A DNA stretch of 63,606 nt, the filler included, from Pirum gemmata (Eukaryota): NCBI GenBank assembly GCA_002812295.1. It is 19 parts of 19 records of this genome, joined end to end, with 100 filler letters (N's around TTAATTAATTAA, not from the genome) between each part and the next. Parts side by side here need not be neighbours in the genome. Positions count along the whole stretch, not along the records: positions 11,185 to 14,078 come from PDIN01004306.1; positions 14,179 to 17,002 come from PDIN01004307.1; positions 17,103 to 19,929 come from PDIN01004308.1; positions 20,030 to 22,910 come from PDIN01004309.1; positions 23,011 to 25,833 come from PDIN01004310.1; 14 more parts are not named here. The stretch is one strand, 5' to 3'. Below, piece by piece: positions 11,526-24,529 of the stretch. The translations under genes and the position numbers were made by a program. Below the pieces are notes generated by a model. That model saw nothing but the letters and a program-made list of their open reading frames with translations. It was not told the origin of the DNA and did no database searches. Numbering within the stretch: position 1 is the first letter of the stretch; every line of letters begins with the position of its first letter.

Positions 11526-13280
11526 TTTAAAATTTGAATATGTTTCCAATTGTAATATGTTTTTGTTCTTTGTAATAATAATAATAATGTTAATACTGTA
11601 TAACAATGATAATACTGTATAATAATGATTTGATATTGATATTGACAATTATGGCTGATGTTGCTATTATGTTAGTATTCGTATTCGTATTAGTATTGAT
11701 AATTAATATTAATAAATATTGGTAATATTATTAAGAATTTAAAAAATAATAATAATATTAATATGTACCTTTTATCACTTGTAGGTAGCATAAATTTACT
11801 ATAGTCTAAATTTACTATGTGATAGTAATTTACTATGTAAAAATGTTATGAATTTTTTTTTCGCACATTGTTTTGATAAAAAAAAAAATATTTGTTATGT
11901 TTTTCAAAACTGAAAAAAACCTACCAAAATATTAATATAACAAAACTATAAGACAAGTTTTAATTAATTTGGTATGTTTTATTAAATATTTTTTTTTATA
12001 AATAGATCCAATTATATACTAAAAAGTGCAAATTATAAATCGAAAGGAATTAGGTAATAGACGAAACTATTAATTCAAGGATGATGTAATATATAAATTA
12101 AAATGACGTAATCTTATAATTAAGAGGGGCAGAAACGTAAAGATTTCTTTATTTTTCGAGTTTTAAGTTCTTTCTAAGAATTTAAAACTCGAAATTTTAA
12201 ATGAAATTAAGATTGTTTTAATACTAGTTAAAACTAGATCGAAAAATTTCGGAAATTTCGAACTAGTTCGATTTGATTTTTTTCTAGCGTCTCCCTACTC
12301 TCAAAATAATTTAAATAATTGATGTTTTTAGTGCGTCATTTTTTATAAACTACGTCACATATTTGTAATTGTTGCGAAATTTCGGGTGCGGTTATTTTTT
12401 ATTACAATAATTTTTTTTATTTTTTTTTAACAGCCAAGCCGGATAAAACTGTAGAAATCATTTTAGACTTCTTTTTTAAAAATCTTTAATTATAACAAGC
12501 CAAATTGTTATTAAAAAATGGCCATTGGTTCATAATAGAGTTTTATTAGTTAGATGATTTCTCAAAATTTGGTAGTAATTTTGTTAAAATTGGATCATTT
12601 TGGGATTTTTTGGATTTTTGAGTCAATATGGTGGATGTCACCATTTTTTTCAGGCTTAGTAAAAGAAAAAAAAAAGATCTAGGTACTAACTACTACTCTC
12701 CTCTACTCTTCTGCGTCACAAGAAGATGGACACGTGTGAAAAAAAATTGCGCAAATTATGGGATTATGACGTCATTGAACTTTTTTTATTCTTATCATTT
12801 TTTTTAAAATAATCCAAATAAATAAATATGATTTCCTTTTTAAAAATTTTTAAAACTTTTTTTTTCAAAAAAAGCAATAAAAGTTCTATTTTTAAAATAA
12901 TAATAATAAAACTATATTTTTTTAAAAAAAAATATAAATTCCCCTCAATCGGCGAAGAAATAGCGAAAGATTCATTGTATTATTATGTTTTTTTTTTTTT
13001 TGCGCAAAAGGTTTGTTCGTCTGCACCCTTTATAATAATATTATATAGTCTAGTCTATTATCAAGAACTGTATCAAGCCACATAAACTACTATTATCGAG
13101 TTATATAAGTATAAGTATAAATCATTAAGTTTCATTGTATTGAAAAGTATATGATATATTGTTTTATCAATGTTAGCGTTGGTACGTATTTGAAATAGTA
13201 GTAGTAGCAGCAGCAGCAGTAGTAGTAGTAGTAGTAGTAGTGGTCGTGTATAGTATTAGAATTTGTAAGTAGTAGTAGTT

Positions 13281-13362
<82 letters not shown>

Positions 13363-13483
13363 NTATTTAAGCATTGAATAATATGCTGAGAATTAAAATT
13401 TTCATAATTTAACGAAGAAGTTTTCTATATATATAAAGAAAAAGATAAATAATTAATCAAAATCATAATTAACCGTTGTAATA

Positions 13484-13549
<66 letters not shown>

Positions 13550-13575
13550 ACTGTTGTTATTGTTGTAGTGATAGT

Positions 13576-13985
13576 ATGGAGGGATCTGAGTCAATAAGTG
13601 TTATAACAACTGCTAATCCTGTAGGTGCTAGCATTAGAAATTTGCTGAGAAGTAAAAAGGGTAATTCGAAACAGGAAAATGTTAAACAAGTAGAAGAAGG
13701 TAGGAAAAGATCAAAAATTGATAATGATGGAACTTCTAGTAGTGAAGATAAAGATAACGAAAGAAGTAAAAGAATGAAAATTGGAAATGACGAAATTACT
13801 AAAACTGAAACCAGTGAGATTAAAAATGAAAATAAAAAGTTTGATAAAAATGAGGAAATGGGGGATGTTGGAGCCCCAGATGTTGTAATTATTAGTGACA
13901 AAACGCAAGATGATAACGTTATAATTATTAATGATGAAGCACAAGCCGGAGAAAACCTAACGAAAAAAGAGGCAGAGAGAAGTAT
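13576..13985 (+). CDS. 5' part of an uncharacterised charged, disordered protein (possible NLS)
   Basis: ATG-initiated, K/E/D-rich open frame running into a microsatellite at the contig end. Confidence 0.5.
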
Positions 13986-13990
13986 TATTA

Positions 13991-14038
<48 letters not shown>

Positions 14039-14178
14039 CATTATTATTATTAACATTATTATTATTATTATTATTATTNNNNNNNNNNNNNNNNNNNNNN
14101 NNNNNNNNNNNNNNNNNNNNNNTTAATTAATTAANNNNNNNNNNNNNNNNNNNNNNNNNNNNNNNNNNNNNNNNNNNN

Positions 14179-14210
<32 letters not shown>

Positions 14211-16442
14211 TAAAAGAACCTGTAGTAAAAAACAAAAAATGAAAAACGAAAAAGCAATTATAAAAAAATATAATATTTTTTTTTTAAAAAAATACTATCT
14301 ATTTCATTACAGTTGTCCTTTCAATCTTTAATTTGGTACTGTTTAAGTGTAAACTTGAACTTATTTATAAAATACAACATTATTTATAAAATACCAATTT
14401 AATTAAAGCATGCCTGATAGTTAAACCATAATAATAATTTGGTCTGTTTATTTTAGTTTTTGAACTGGACAACACTATTGAAAAACACGATATCATAATA
14501 ATATCGATATATACATATGTGCATACTGGTATAAAAAAAATAAAAAAGAACAAATTAAAAATTTAAAAGAAGCATTTTTTTTTTTCTAAAGGAAAAAGAA
14601 AGAAATATTTTTTTAATTTATAAATCATATTTTTTTTAAAAAAAACAAGAAATTCAAAACTAATATATTATAATATATTATATATTAATAAAGAAAGAAA
14701 GAAAGAAGCGTCGATTAGTAAGACAAACGTGTTGGTTTACAATAAAAATTGAGAGTATGGAGACCCCAAGCGTACCTGATGTTTTGTCTGTTCTGTCATT
14801 AATCTGCTTTGTAGTACTTCAGCTTTATAAAAATCCAGGGACAGAAATGATAGACAAATTCAAAATATTAAAGGCTACCATATTAAAACAACCACAACCA
14901 CAACCACAACAGCAGTAAATTACAACCATAACCACATAAACAATAACAACAACGTGCGTCGACAATAACAACAATAATGGCAATGACAACGATAAGCACG
15001 TAAAAATTTTAACCATCAAAATCAAATTATTAGTTAGTCAAATTCTCCCTGTTATTCATTAAAATCTTGTTAAAAAAATGTAGTTGGTTTAACTAATACT
15101 ACAATGTTAAATTTCAATTTAATATGTCTCTCTTATCTTTAAAAAAAATGAATTCAACAATTACGTGGGATAAATAATAGCAATTTCCACCAAGTGTACT
15201 TTTTTTAATTTTGTTTTATTCCTTATTATTAATAGCATTTTTACTTTTATTATAATAATTATATCATAGCAAAATGAACTTTTTAGAACCGAAATTTCCG
15301 ATAAAAAAATAATAAAGATTAATAGTAATAATAAAAAAAACAAATGTAAAAACCACGTGTAAAAACCACGTGAAAAAAAAAAAAATGAAAGAACACTGAA
15401 ATTAGATTTTCGCTATTATTATTATTATTTATTATTATTATTAATTTTACTTCAAATGACGCGGCCTTAAAGCCTTCAATATACCATATTTGGTATAAAA
15501 GGCGGCCTTAAAGCCTTAATATGCCATGTACACAGTCCCCAAAACCTTGCCATAAGCACTCCAAACCGTGCCACAAACCCTTCAAACCTGCCATAAACCC
15601 TCCCAAGCCTTGCCCTAAACCATAAACCCCTTTCCACAAACCTTCCACAGTCCCTCCCAAACCTTGCACACCTAGCTTGTACACGCACTCGAAAAGTAAA
15701 GAAATCCAAAAAATCCAAAAAATCCAAAGAAAAAAATTCAAAAATATCAGAAGGTGGTATTATCAATGTTTCGGCAGGTTTTGTTTGAATTTTTTTGTTT
15801 GATGTTTGCGTTCATATATAATATTTTTCATTCGAAATATTTCCATTATTTTATTTACTATTACTGTGCAGACCCCGGGCCTATTATATTTTTTTAATTA
15901 GTGAGAAACCAGCGTTCCCCTCGTCCGTGTAAACTAGTCTGCGGAAAAAAAATCGGGATCCGCAAAACGTAAGATTTTTATTTAGTTTATTTTATTTTTT
16001 TTTATTCGCCTGATAAAAGTTGCGAAATCCACCACATGAGCTCAAAATCCGACGAAATCTCAAAATCCTCCAATTTTAATAAAAAATACTAACAAAATTT
16101 GAGAAAATGTCTAACTAAGAAAACAGTATTATGAACCAATGGCCAGTTTCTATAAACAATTTGGCTGGTTAGCATTAAAGGTTTTTTAGAATAGAAGTAA
16201 CTGTAATTTAATCGGCTTGGCTAAAAATAATAATAAAAAAAATTATTATGACTCTTTTGTAACTGTAAATACAAAATAACATACGTCAATCGAAAGCAAG
16301 ATCTCGTATACATAACATAATTATAAAATTTACGTTATTGCAGGAAAAACAAAACAAAAACAAAAACGAAACCAAAACCAAAACATAGACCCGAAAACAG
16401 ACGTAATAATTATTTTCAGTGTTTTTTTTGAAAAAATAAAAA

Positions 16443-16970
16443 TCAAATTTCGTTTTTTCCACATTGCGAGCGAATCCTTTTGTTCAACTGTGCGTCAGAT
16501 TCTGTTTCATCAGATTGCCTTTTGTGATTAAGATTGGATGTAGGTATTTCGCTGGATGTAGGTATTTCGCTGTTTCCACTTTTATCATTACTACTGCTGT
16601 CACTAATGATATCACACTCTTCTTTTAAAGCAATACAAGTAGATATAGGATTCGGGGTTGTCCCGGAGGTAGTATTAGTGGTACTGGTAGAAATAGAAAT
16701 ATCACTAATAACAAAAGAGGTAGTATTATCATTTACACTTGCTGTTGTTGTAGTCGTAGTTGTAGTCGTAGTAGAAGAAATAGTAGATGTAGTAGTAGTA
16801 GTAGTAGTAGTAGTCATTGTCGTCATTGTCGTCGTAGTAGTGGTGGTACCATCAGAAGTAGAAGTGGCTCCTACATTTGATTCAGTGTCTGTGTTCTCTT
16901 TTTTATTGCTAGTGTCTTTAATATTGGGGGTTTCTTCTTCTTTAATTTTAACTTCTGATTTTCGTTCATC
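16443..16970 (-). CDS. Terminal exon of an uncharacterised Thr/Ser-rich disordered protein
   Basis: Open frame after a purine-poor/poly-A stretch, ending HKRQSDETESDAQLNKRIRSQCGKNEI*. Confidence 0.45.
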   Translation of the reverse strand, partial: DERKSEVKIKEEETPNIKDTSNKKENTDTESNVGATSTSDGTTTTTTTMTTMTTTTTTTTTSTISSTTTTTTTTTTASVNDNTTSFVISDISISTSTTNTTSGTTPNPISTCIALKEECDIISDSSSNDKSGNSEIPTSSEIPTSNLNHKRQSDETESDAQLNKRIRSQCGKNEI

Positions 16971-17002
<32 letters not shown>

Positions 17003-18454
17003 NNNNNNNNNNNNNNNNNNNNNNNNNNNNNNNNNNNNNNNNNNNNTTAATTAATTAANNNNNNNNNNNNNNNNNNNNNNNNNNNNNNNNNNNNNNNNNN
17101 NNAAAAAAAAAAAAAAAAAAAAATTATTATTATTATTATTATTATTTATAACTATTATTTTGGTTTTCGGTAGACCTTATTTTTTAAATTTAGACTAAGG
17201 TAGTCTATTCATTTATTTATCACTCGAATATTTATTTGATTGGTTGGTTATGATATTTAAGTTGGCATTTTTTAAATTAATAAATAGATAATTAAATACA
17301 CCAAATTAATTTAAATGGATTTATATAGTATTAATTTGGTACCCTTTATTGTATATTTTAAGATGACAAAACAACTGAAAAGCGATCGATAAATCAAAGA
17401 AGGAAATGTGTGTGTGTCTAGCTAGGGAAATGTGTGCTGGCTCGGAAATTCTTATATATAAAAAAAACCAAGGTCTTATATGAGCTCGCTCGATTTTATT
17501 TATTTAATTATGATATTATGATAATGATAAAAAAAAAAAATAATAATAAAAAAGAGAACCAATAAAATTGTACCAGTAGACAGGAGGGATGACATGACGT
17601 CATAATACTAATACCAACCTAGGGCACGGCAAAAATTGAAAATTTGACTTAAATTACTATAAAAAGTTAACTTATAACTATTAAAGTAATACTTAATATA
17701 GTANTTAATGCTAACTAGCCAAATTATTTTTAAAAACTGGCCATTGGTTCATAATAGAGTTTTCTTAGTTAGACGACTTCTGAAATGTTGATAGTATTTT
17801 TTATTAAAATTGGAGAAATTTAATTGAAAGTGGATTTTGCAAGTATTTTGCACTGAGGATTTTGCAATTATTAGATCTTTTCTGATGCCCAATCGTGTTA
17901 GCGAGATGAAATATAGGTCTATACAAAAAAGGAATATCGAAAAAATCAAATCAAAGTATCGAATCAGAGTATCGAATAATAGGCTTGATTATTGCTTGAG
18001 TACTACCAAATTTTGAGAAATCGCAAAACTAACAAAGCTCTATTATGTCCCAATGGCCAGTTTTTAAACATAATTTGGCTAGTATAATATTTGAACATTT
18101 TCGAATTTTTTTTTTTTTTTTTTTTTTTTCCCAAATTTGCTAGATGGCAGTTTATAATACCAATGGAACAAAAACTTGAAAAAACTAAATTTTATTTCAA
18201 GTAAGAATATTACTATTTATAGTAAATTATAGTTATTTTTTACTATTACACGTAACATTTTTACTTTAAATGGGAATTTAAGTTTTTCGAGTTTTTGTTC
18301 CTTTTCTATTATAATAATATTATAAACTATGTCATACCATCTGATACTTTTGTGACCGTTTTGTGACCTTTTCTTTGTGGCAAAGAGGACCTGTAACTCG
18401 ATGGAGTAGATATAATTCAAATATTTTCTCAATAGATTGAGACACTATTGAGAC

Positions 18455-18570
18455 TGCAATTTGCGTTCAAAAACTCAATGATTCACATGTTTGCAATTCA
18501 CACTACATATCGCAGTTTGCTGTGTTCTTCATCGATGCACAAGCCAAGAGATCCACCGTTAAAAGTTGTT
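18455..18570 (-). rRNA. 5.8S rRNA, 3'-truncated (part of an rDNA pseudogene)
   Basis: Reverse complement AACAACTTTTAACGGTGGATCTCTTGGCTTGTGCATCGATGAAGAAC..GTGAATTGCA..GTGAATCATTGAG..TTGAACGCA. ITS1 lies at 18571-18721. Confidence 0.93.
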
Positions 18571-18721
18571 TTTTAATTAAGAATTATTAACTTTATTAAT
18601 ATATTATCCAACAGTAGATATTAATTAAAAAAGTAGTCATATTGATGATGGGAGTAATGAATAAACACTAGCTGCCAAGGATAACAAAAGTTTCACATGT
18701 GGTGGGTTTTTTTGGATATGG

Positions 18722-18918
18722 TAATGATCCTTCCGCAGGTTCACCTACAATATTATTACTTGGACAATCAAAACCAAGTATTAATATTAAACATGGTTTT
18801 ATATCGCCAAAATAATTTAGGTAATATTAATAATATGTAGCCGTTGTAAAACAACAATTAGTAGCTTTGTCGAAATTTATAATAGATAACGAATTAAGGA
18901 GGAGTGATCAACTGGAGA

Positions 18919-18953
<35 letters not shown>

Positions 18954-19436
18954 AATGACTGAGTTTGTCCAACTTCTCCATATACAAGACGCGGATCCGA
19001 AGGCCTCACTAAACCATTCAATCGGTAGTAGCGACGGGCGGTGTGTAACAAAGGGCAGGGACGTAATCAACGCAAGTTGATGACTTGCGCTTACTAGGAA
19101 TTCCTCGTTTAAGATCAAAAATTGTAAGATTACCCGTACCTTTCGGCAAAGGAAAGATCGTTGCCTTTGTCAGTGTAGCGCGCGTGCGGCCCAGAACGTC
19201 TATGGGCATCACAGACCTGTTATTGCCTCAAACTTCCATTGGTTTATAACTTTATAACCAATAGTCCCTCTAAGAAGTTACCTGTAATTTTGAAATTACA
19301 TAACTATTTAGTAGGTTAAGGTCTCGTTCGTTAACAGAATTAACCAGGCAAATCACTCCACCAACTAAGAACAGCCATGCACCACCACCCATAGAATCAA
19401 GAAAGAGCCTGAAGAAAGAGCTCTCAATCTGTCAAT
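18722..19436 (-). pseudogene. 3' third of 18S rRNA, decayed, with a 174-bp insertion at 18749-18922
   Basis: Universal motifs GTAACAAGGTTTCCGTAG|GTGAACCTGCGGAAGGATCATTA and ACACACCGCCCGTCGC are present. It has indels, a duplicated aagaaagagc at ~19399-19421, and abrupt loss of homology at 19436. Confidence 0.9.
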
Positions 19437-19519
19437 GCAAATTACTATTATCAGGTGATATTATAATGTATTTATGATATTTTATAGGCCTATACCTGGG
19501 CCTATACAAATAAGGCCTT

Positions 19520-19765
19520 CTAGCTAGCTAGTAGCTAGCTAGTAGCTAGCTAGCAGCCTTCTAGCTAGACTCTAGCTAGCTAGTAGCTAGCTAGCTAGCT
19601 ATGATAGTATGATATCATAGAGTCTTCTCCTTCTAGCTAGCTAGTAGACTCCTTCTAGCTAGCTAGCTAGCCAGTAGTAGAGGCTGTAGAGCTATGATAG
19701 CTAGCTCTAGCTAGCTCTAGCTAGTAGTCTCTAGCTAGCTAGCTAGCTAGCTAGTAGTCTAGTAG
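19520..19765. repeat. Degenerate palindromic (CTAG)n microsatellite
   Basis: Runs of ctagctagctag mixed with tagtag. Confidence 0.85.
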
Positions 19766-21318
19766 CACGGTAATATATATATCGAAGACCACTTCGATAT
19801 ATAAATATATATATATATCATATGGGTATGTTTTTAAAATTTTATTTATTTTAATACCTGTAAGTTTAAATAATATATATATATCACATGGGTATGTTTT
19901 TAAAATTTTATTTATTTTAATACCTGTAANNNNNNNNNNNNNNNNNNNNNNNNNNNNNNNNNNNNNNNNNNNNTTAATTAATTAANNNNNNNNNNNNNNN
20001 NNNNNNNNNNNNNNNNNNNNNNNNNNNNNGGTACTTTTAAGTTTATAAACGTGTTTATTTTAAATTGAAATATAAATTATTAAATACGCCAAGTTAATTA
20101 AATTGTATCAAATAAATTTGATAAATATTAATTTGGTATTTATTACTGCGTATTCTATTATGACAAAATAACTGAAAAGCACTTAGCTGAAAATATCTGA
20201 TAGTAGACTGGTAGACCCCCCTCTCTAGAATATTTGATATCAATATTTTTTAAATATAGTACTTTTCAGTTGTTTTGTCATCATAAAGTATACAATAAAT
20301 AGTACCAAATTAATAATATATAGACCCATTTAGTTCAATTTGGTATATTTTATTATCTATGTATTGATTTAAAAATGACAATTTAAAGATTATAACCCTC
20401 CAAATAAATATTCAGAGTGACAAAATAAATAAAAATCACGTTAACTTTGAGCTTTTACCCAAAGACTGCATGAAAAAACAAATGGAATCTTTGGGAGCGT
20501 TCAGTTAGTACGTAACACCAATTTCCAGTCAAATACCCCTACCTACCTACCCCTCGACGTTTTAATTTCCGGTCAAATAACACCTAGCTAGGCTACCTAC
20601 CTACCCCCTTGACTTGTGAATAGGCCTGGCGGAGTAATAATAATGATAATAATATCATAATAATAATAATTATCTGATATATTAGTCTAGCTATCGATAG
20701 CTAGTAGCTAGCTAGTAGTATTATTGATATCTGATAGTGTTACTGTGTATATCAGATAGACTATCATTAGACTACTGATATCATAATATTGTGTGCGTAG
20801 ATGTGGTAGTACTAATAATAGTGATGGTAATGGTAATAGTATTAATATTAATAGTAGTATTATGTCATATCGTAGTAGTAGTTTAGGGCTAAAGTTTAGA
20901 GGAGGCGTAGGATTAGTATTCGCAGCAGTACTAGTAATTGAGCTGTAGCATTAGGTAAATTAGTAGTATTGATAATAATAGCTATAGCTAGCTAGTAGTA
21001 GTAATACTAGTCGTCGTAGTAGCTATAGTAGTATTTTAATAGTAGTAGTACTAGTAGTAGTAGTTAAATTGTCATAGTAGTATTTTATAGTAGTAGTATT
21101 AATATAGCTAGTAGTAGTAGTGGTAGTAGTGGTAGCTAGTAGTAGTAGTAGTAGTAGTAATAGTAACTAGAGTGCTAGCTAGTAGTTGTAGTAGTAGTAG
21201 TATTATGCTTTTCATTTATTTTGTCACTCCGAATATTTATTTGGTTGTTTATAATATTTAAATTGATACTTTTAAACAAATAAATATATAATAAAATATA
21301 CCAAATTAACTGAAATGG

Positions 21319-21512
21319 GTTTCGTTCATATTCTTTTTGTATCATAAATAATTTGTTCTAATAAACTATCGGAACGAGCAATAGCCTCACCTTCCTTAAT
21401 TTTTCTTCTGAAAGAACTCATATACTTTGATCCTATAAAAGTTTAATGTTCTCCCACTAACAACAGTTAACAACTCTCTATAATCAGCCAAACTGTTGAT
21501 CACTTCATACCA
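21319..21512 (-). pseudogene. Decayed duplicate of the 3' end of the 21823-22629 gene
   Basis: tttcgttcatattctttttgta..aacaactctctataa.cagccaa.ctgttg..cacttcat.ccatt aligns to 21839-22032. Confidence 0.8.
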
Positions 21513-21755
21513 TTATTATTATTAATTAATTAAAAAGCAACACAATTTTCGTTGGTAATGGTTTTTATTATTATTGTTATGATGACAAAACAAATGAAAA
21601 GCACTATATTAATAGTGGGTGGAAAAAGGTAGTATTGAAGGTATATGAGATATCTGATAGTATTAATAAAAGCAGTTGCATTTGCTTTTGAGATTGGATT
21701 TGTAAAAAAACAACAATTTCCTACAGCTGCTGCCCAAACGATATTTTTATATCCA

Positions 21756-21805
<50 letters not shown>

Positions 21806-21822
21806 ATTATTATTATTAATTA

Positions 21823-22629
21823 TTAAAAATCAACAGGATTTCGTTCATATTCTTTTTGTAATGACTCATAAATAGCTTGTTCTAAGAAGTCATCCGAACG
21901 ATCAATAGCCGTACCTGCTTTAATTCTTCTTTTCATAGCACCCACACTCCTTCCCCCTATAAATGTTGACCCATTAGCGATTGTGAACAACTCTCTATAA
22001 CCAGCCAAGCTGTTGGGCACTTCATTCCATTCACCGTAACGCACATTTATCAAAGCAGATTTGCAAAGTTCCTCGCTTTGGAAAGTATCATATTTTCGTC
22101 CAGGAATAGAAGAATAATAGTTATAAGATTTATCTCTACTGTCATAAATCATGATTATATAATTAGAGAATTTAGTGTTAACACAAACCACTTTCGCTTC
22201 ATCTTTCACAGTAATTTTTTTGGATATACCACTTTCATATAACGAATATTTCCATTTGTTTGTATCTTCAAAATTCCCTAATAAATTTAACTCGCACAAA
22301 GTCCTACTAGCAAAATAAATCTTTTCATCGACATTTCTCCCAAAACCATGCGACCCACCTGTTTTAGAATATTTATTGTAATAAGCCCATTTATTATTTT
22401 TCAATTGATAACAGGATTTATGACAACTATAAGAAAAGATACAGTTATATGAAAGTGGAATATCTTTTTCTTTTATGCTTATTTTAAACTCGTTGATAGT
22501 GTTTGAATTTGTTACTTCCCCTGTTGTTGAAGGTTTCCAAAGGTTTACATTCCCCGTAGTTGCAGCTGCGTTGGTAGAGCTTGACGCTAAGCCTAGCAAT
22601 AGACATATAGTAGTAATTGTTAAAACCAT
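21823..22629 (-). CDS. Uncharacterised secreted protein (signal peptide, Cys-containing, weak internal two-fold repeat)
   Basis: 268-aa intronless ORF with a hydrophobic N-terminus MVLTITTICLLLGLASS. Repeated YY...F.S..LC motif. Confidence 0.8.
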   Translation of the reverse strand: MVLTITTICLLLGLASSSTNAAATTGNVNLWKPSTTGEVTNSNTINEFKISIKEKDIPLSYNCIFSYSCHKSCYQLKNNKWAYYNKYSKTGGSHGFGRNVDEKIYFASRTLCELNLLGNFEDTNKWKYSLYESGISKKITVKDEAKVVCVNTKFSNYIIMIYDSRDKSYNYYSSIPGRKYDTFQSEELCKSALINVRYGEWNEVPNSLAGYRELFTIANGSTFIGGRSVGAMKRRIKAGTAIDRSDDFLEQAIYESLQKEYERNPVDF

Positions 22630-24203
22630 TTTTTTTTATGATAAAAAAAAAAAAAAATAATGTCTAATTAAAATAGAAAATGTTTCCAATAATTAATAAA
22701 GTTATGATAATATTTAATTTTGTAAATCAGAAATATTTCAAAAGTAATTAGTAAAACAATCAATGAAAATTTTAAATAAAAAAAAAAAGATATTTTCTTT
22801 TAATTATTAAAAAAAAAATGCCAGTGAAGTTTGATTCTACACTTAAATACCTTTTTTTTTGCATAGACAACGGTCTATTATTATTATTATTATTATTTTA
22901 TTATTAAAAANNNNNNNNNNNNNNNNNNNNNNNNNNNNNNNNNNNNNNNNNNNNTTAATTAATTAANNNNNNNNNNNNNNNNNNNNNNNNNNNNNNNNNN
23001 NNNNNNNNNNTAGGGTTAGGGTTAGGGTTAGGGTTAGGGTTATAACGTTAGGGCTAGCTAGGGTTAGGGTTAGGGTCCTACTAGCTAGGGGTTAGGGTCT
23101 GTTAGGGACTTAGGATAGGGTACACATATATACATATATAGTAAAAAATTGAAATAGTTTTTGAAAATTACCAAATTAAGAAATGTAAGTCTTTAGCTTG
23201 CGATTGCCCATGATTGGCACTGTAGAATTCTTTTTTTTTAGACCTAGCCATACTTCGCAGTTACCATAAATAGTATATTTTATAGCTATAAATAGTAGCT
23301 ACTATTTAGGAGCTTCTATTAATAGTAGCTATTATACTATTTAAAGTAATTTTAATCACAAAAATTTCATTTTGGCGAACTTTTGGTACCAGAGCCTTCA
23401 ATTGAAGATGATTCAGACTTCAGTTGAATCAAATTGTAAAAGAATCAAACTTGATGGGGTACCAGAGCCTTCAATTAGTAAAATGACGTCATCTCATCCC
23501 TCCTCAAATAATCATAATTATTTCGATATGACTCTTAATATGTTCGAAAATATAACATAACAACTCGAGTTCGAAAAATCAAACTATTTCAAATATAAGT
23601 AGTTCAATATGTTCGAAAATATTTTCATACAGTACCGGTAGAGGGGTGCGTTGACTCCGCTGAGAGAAAAAAGGTTCGTCCTCCGCAAAAATCGCCAAAG
23701 CCAGTTATTTTAAAAAACATTTTTTTAACTACTAAATCGGAAAAAAATAGCGACATCCGCCATACGAGTTCAAAATCCAAAAATCTCAAAACAGTCCCAT
23801 TTAAATATAAGTACTACCAAATTGTGAGAAATTATCTTACTAATAAAACTCTATTATGAACCAATAGCCAGTTTTTAAAAATAAGTTGGCCAGTTATAAT
23901 TAAAGGTTTTACAAAAGAAGTCTAAAAAAATGATTTCTACAGTTTTATCCGGCTTGGCTGTTTAAAAAAAAAAAAAAAAAAAGTTATGCCATAAATTAGA
24001 TCTGTGTAATCTATCATTATTATAGTATTATGCAACTCAGGGACGTTCATAAAGGACGTCAATTATTCTTTGATAAAAGTCATTGCTTGAAAGTATGACT
24101 TAAATTGTTTTAGGCAGTAATTAATTATTGAAATGAACTTTAAAATTATGGCCAAAAGTGTTTTGGACAAAGAGCATAGGTAAGTAAGATTAGGAAAGAT
24201 TCC

Positions 24204-24238
<35 letters not shown>

Positions 24239-24243
24239 AAAAT

Positions 24244-24282
<39 letters not shown>

Positions 24283-24294
24283 ACTACTTCCATT

Positions 24295-24523
24295 AGTAGG
24301 GGGTGAGATGACGTCATTTTATTATTACCGAACAGCTGCCGGAACTTTTTCGATTTTTATGGTTTTTATTACTATTAATGTTAACATCTTTACTTTAATT
24401 GGTATCTGTTATAATTAGATTTACTATTNATTTACTGCTATTATTAGTAAAGAACACGGAACTAAGGTTGGCTCGATAAGCATCTGTTCGAAAAAAGTCC
24501 CAGTAGATATCTCACCCCTACTA
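24295..24523. mobile_element. MITE family B, full-length copy
   Basis: TIRs agtagggggtgagat ... atctcacccctact. Confidence 0.8.
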
Positions 24524-24529
24524 CTAAAA

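Noticed and set aside
18749..18922. Functional group I intron or Helitron in 18S
   Set aside because: No P3/P7 core, boundaries do not follow the U|...G| rule, and the site and terminus do not match Helitron A|TC..CTRR|T.
19018..19212. 64-aa ORF in rDNA, and the ORF 26113-26295 over the tRNA
   Set aside because: Spurious ORFs overlapping RNA genes.
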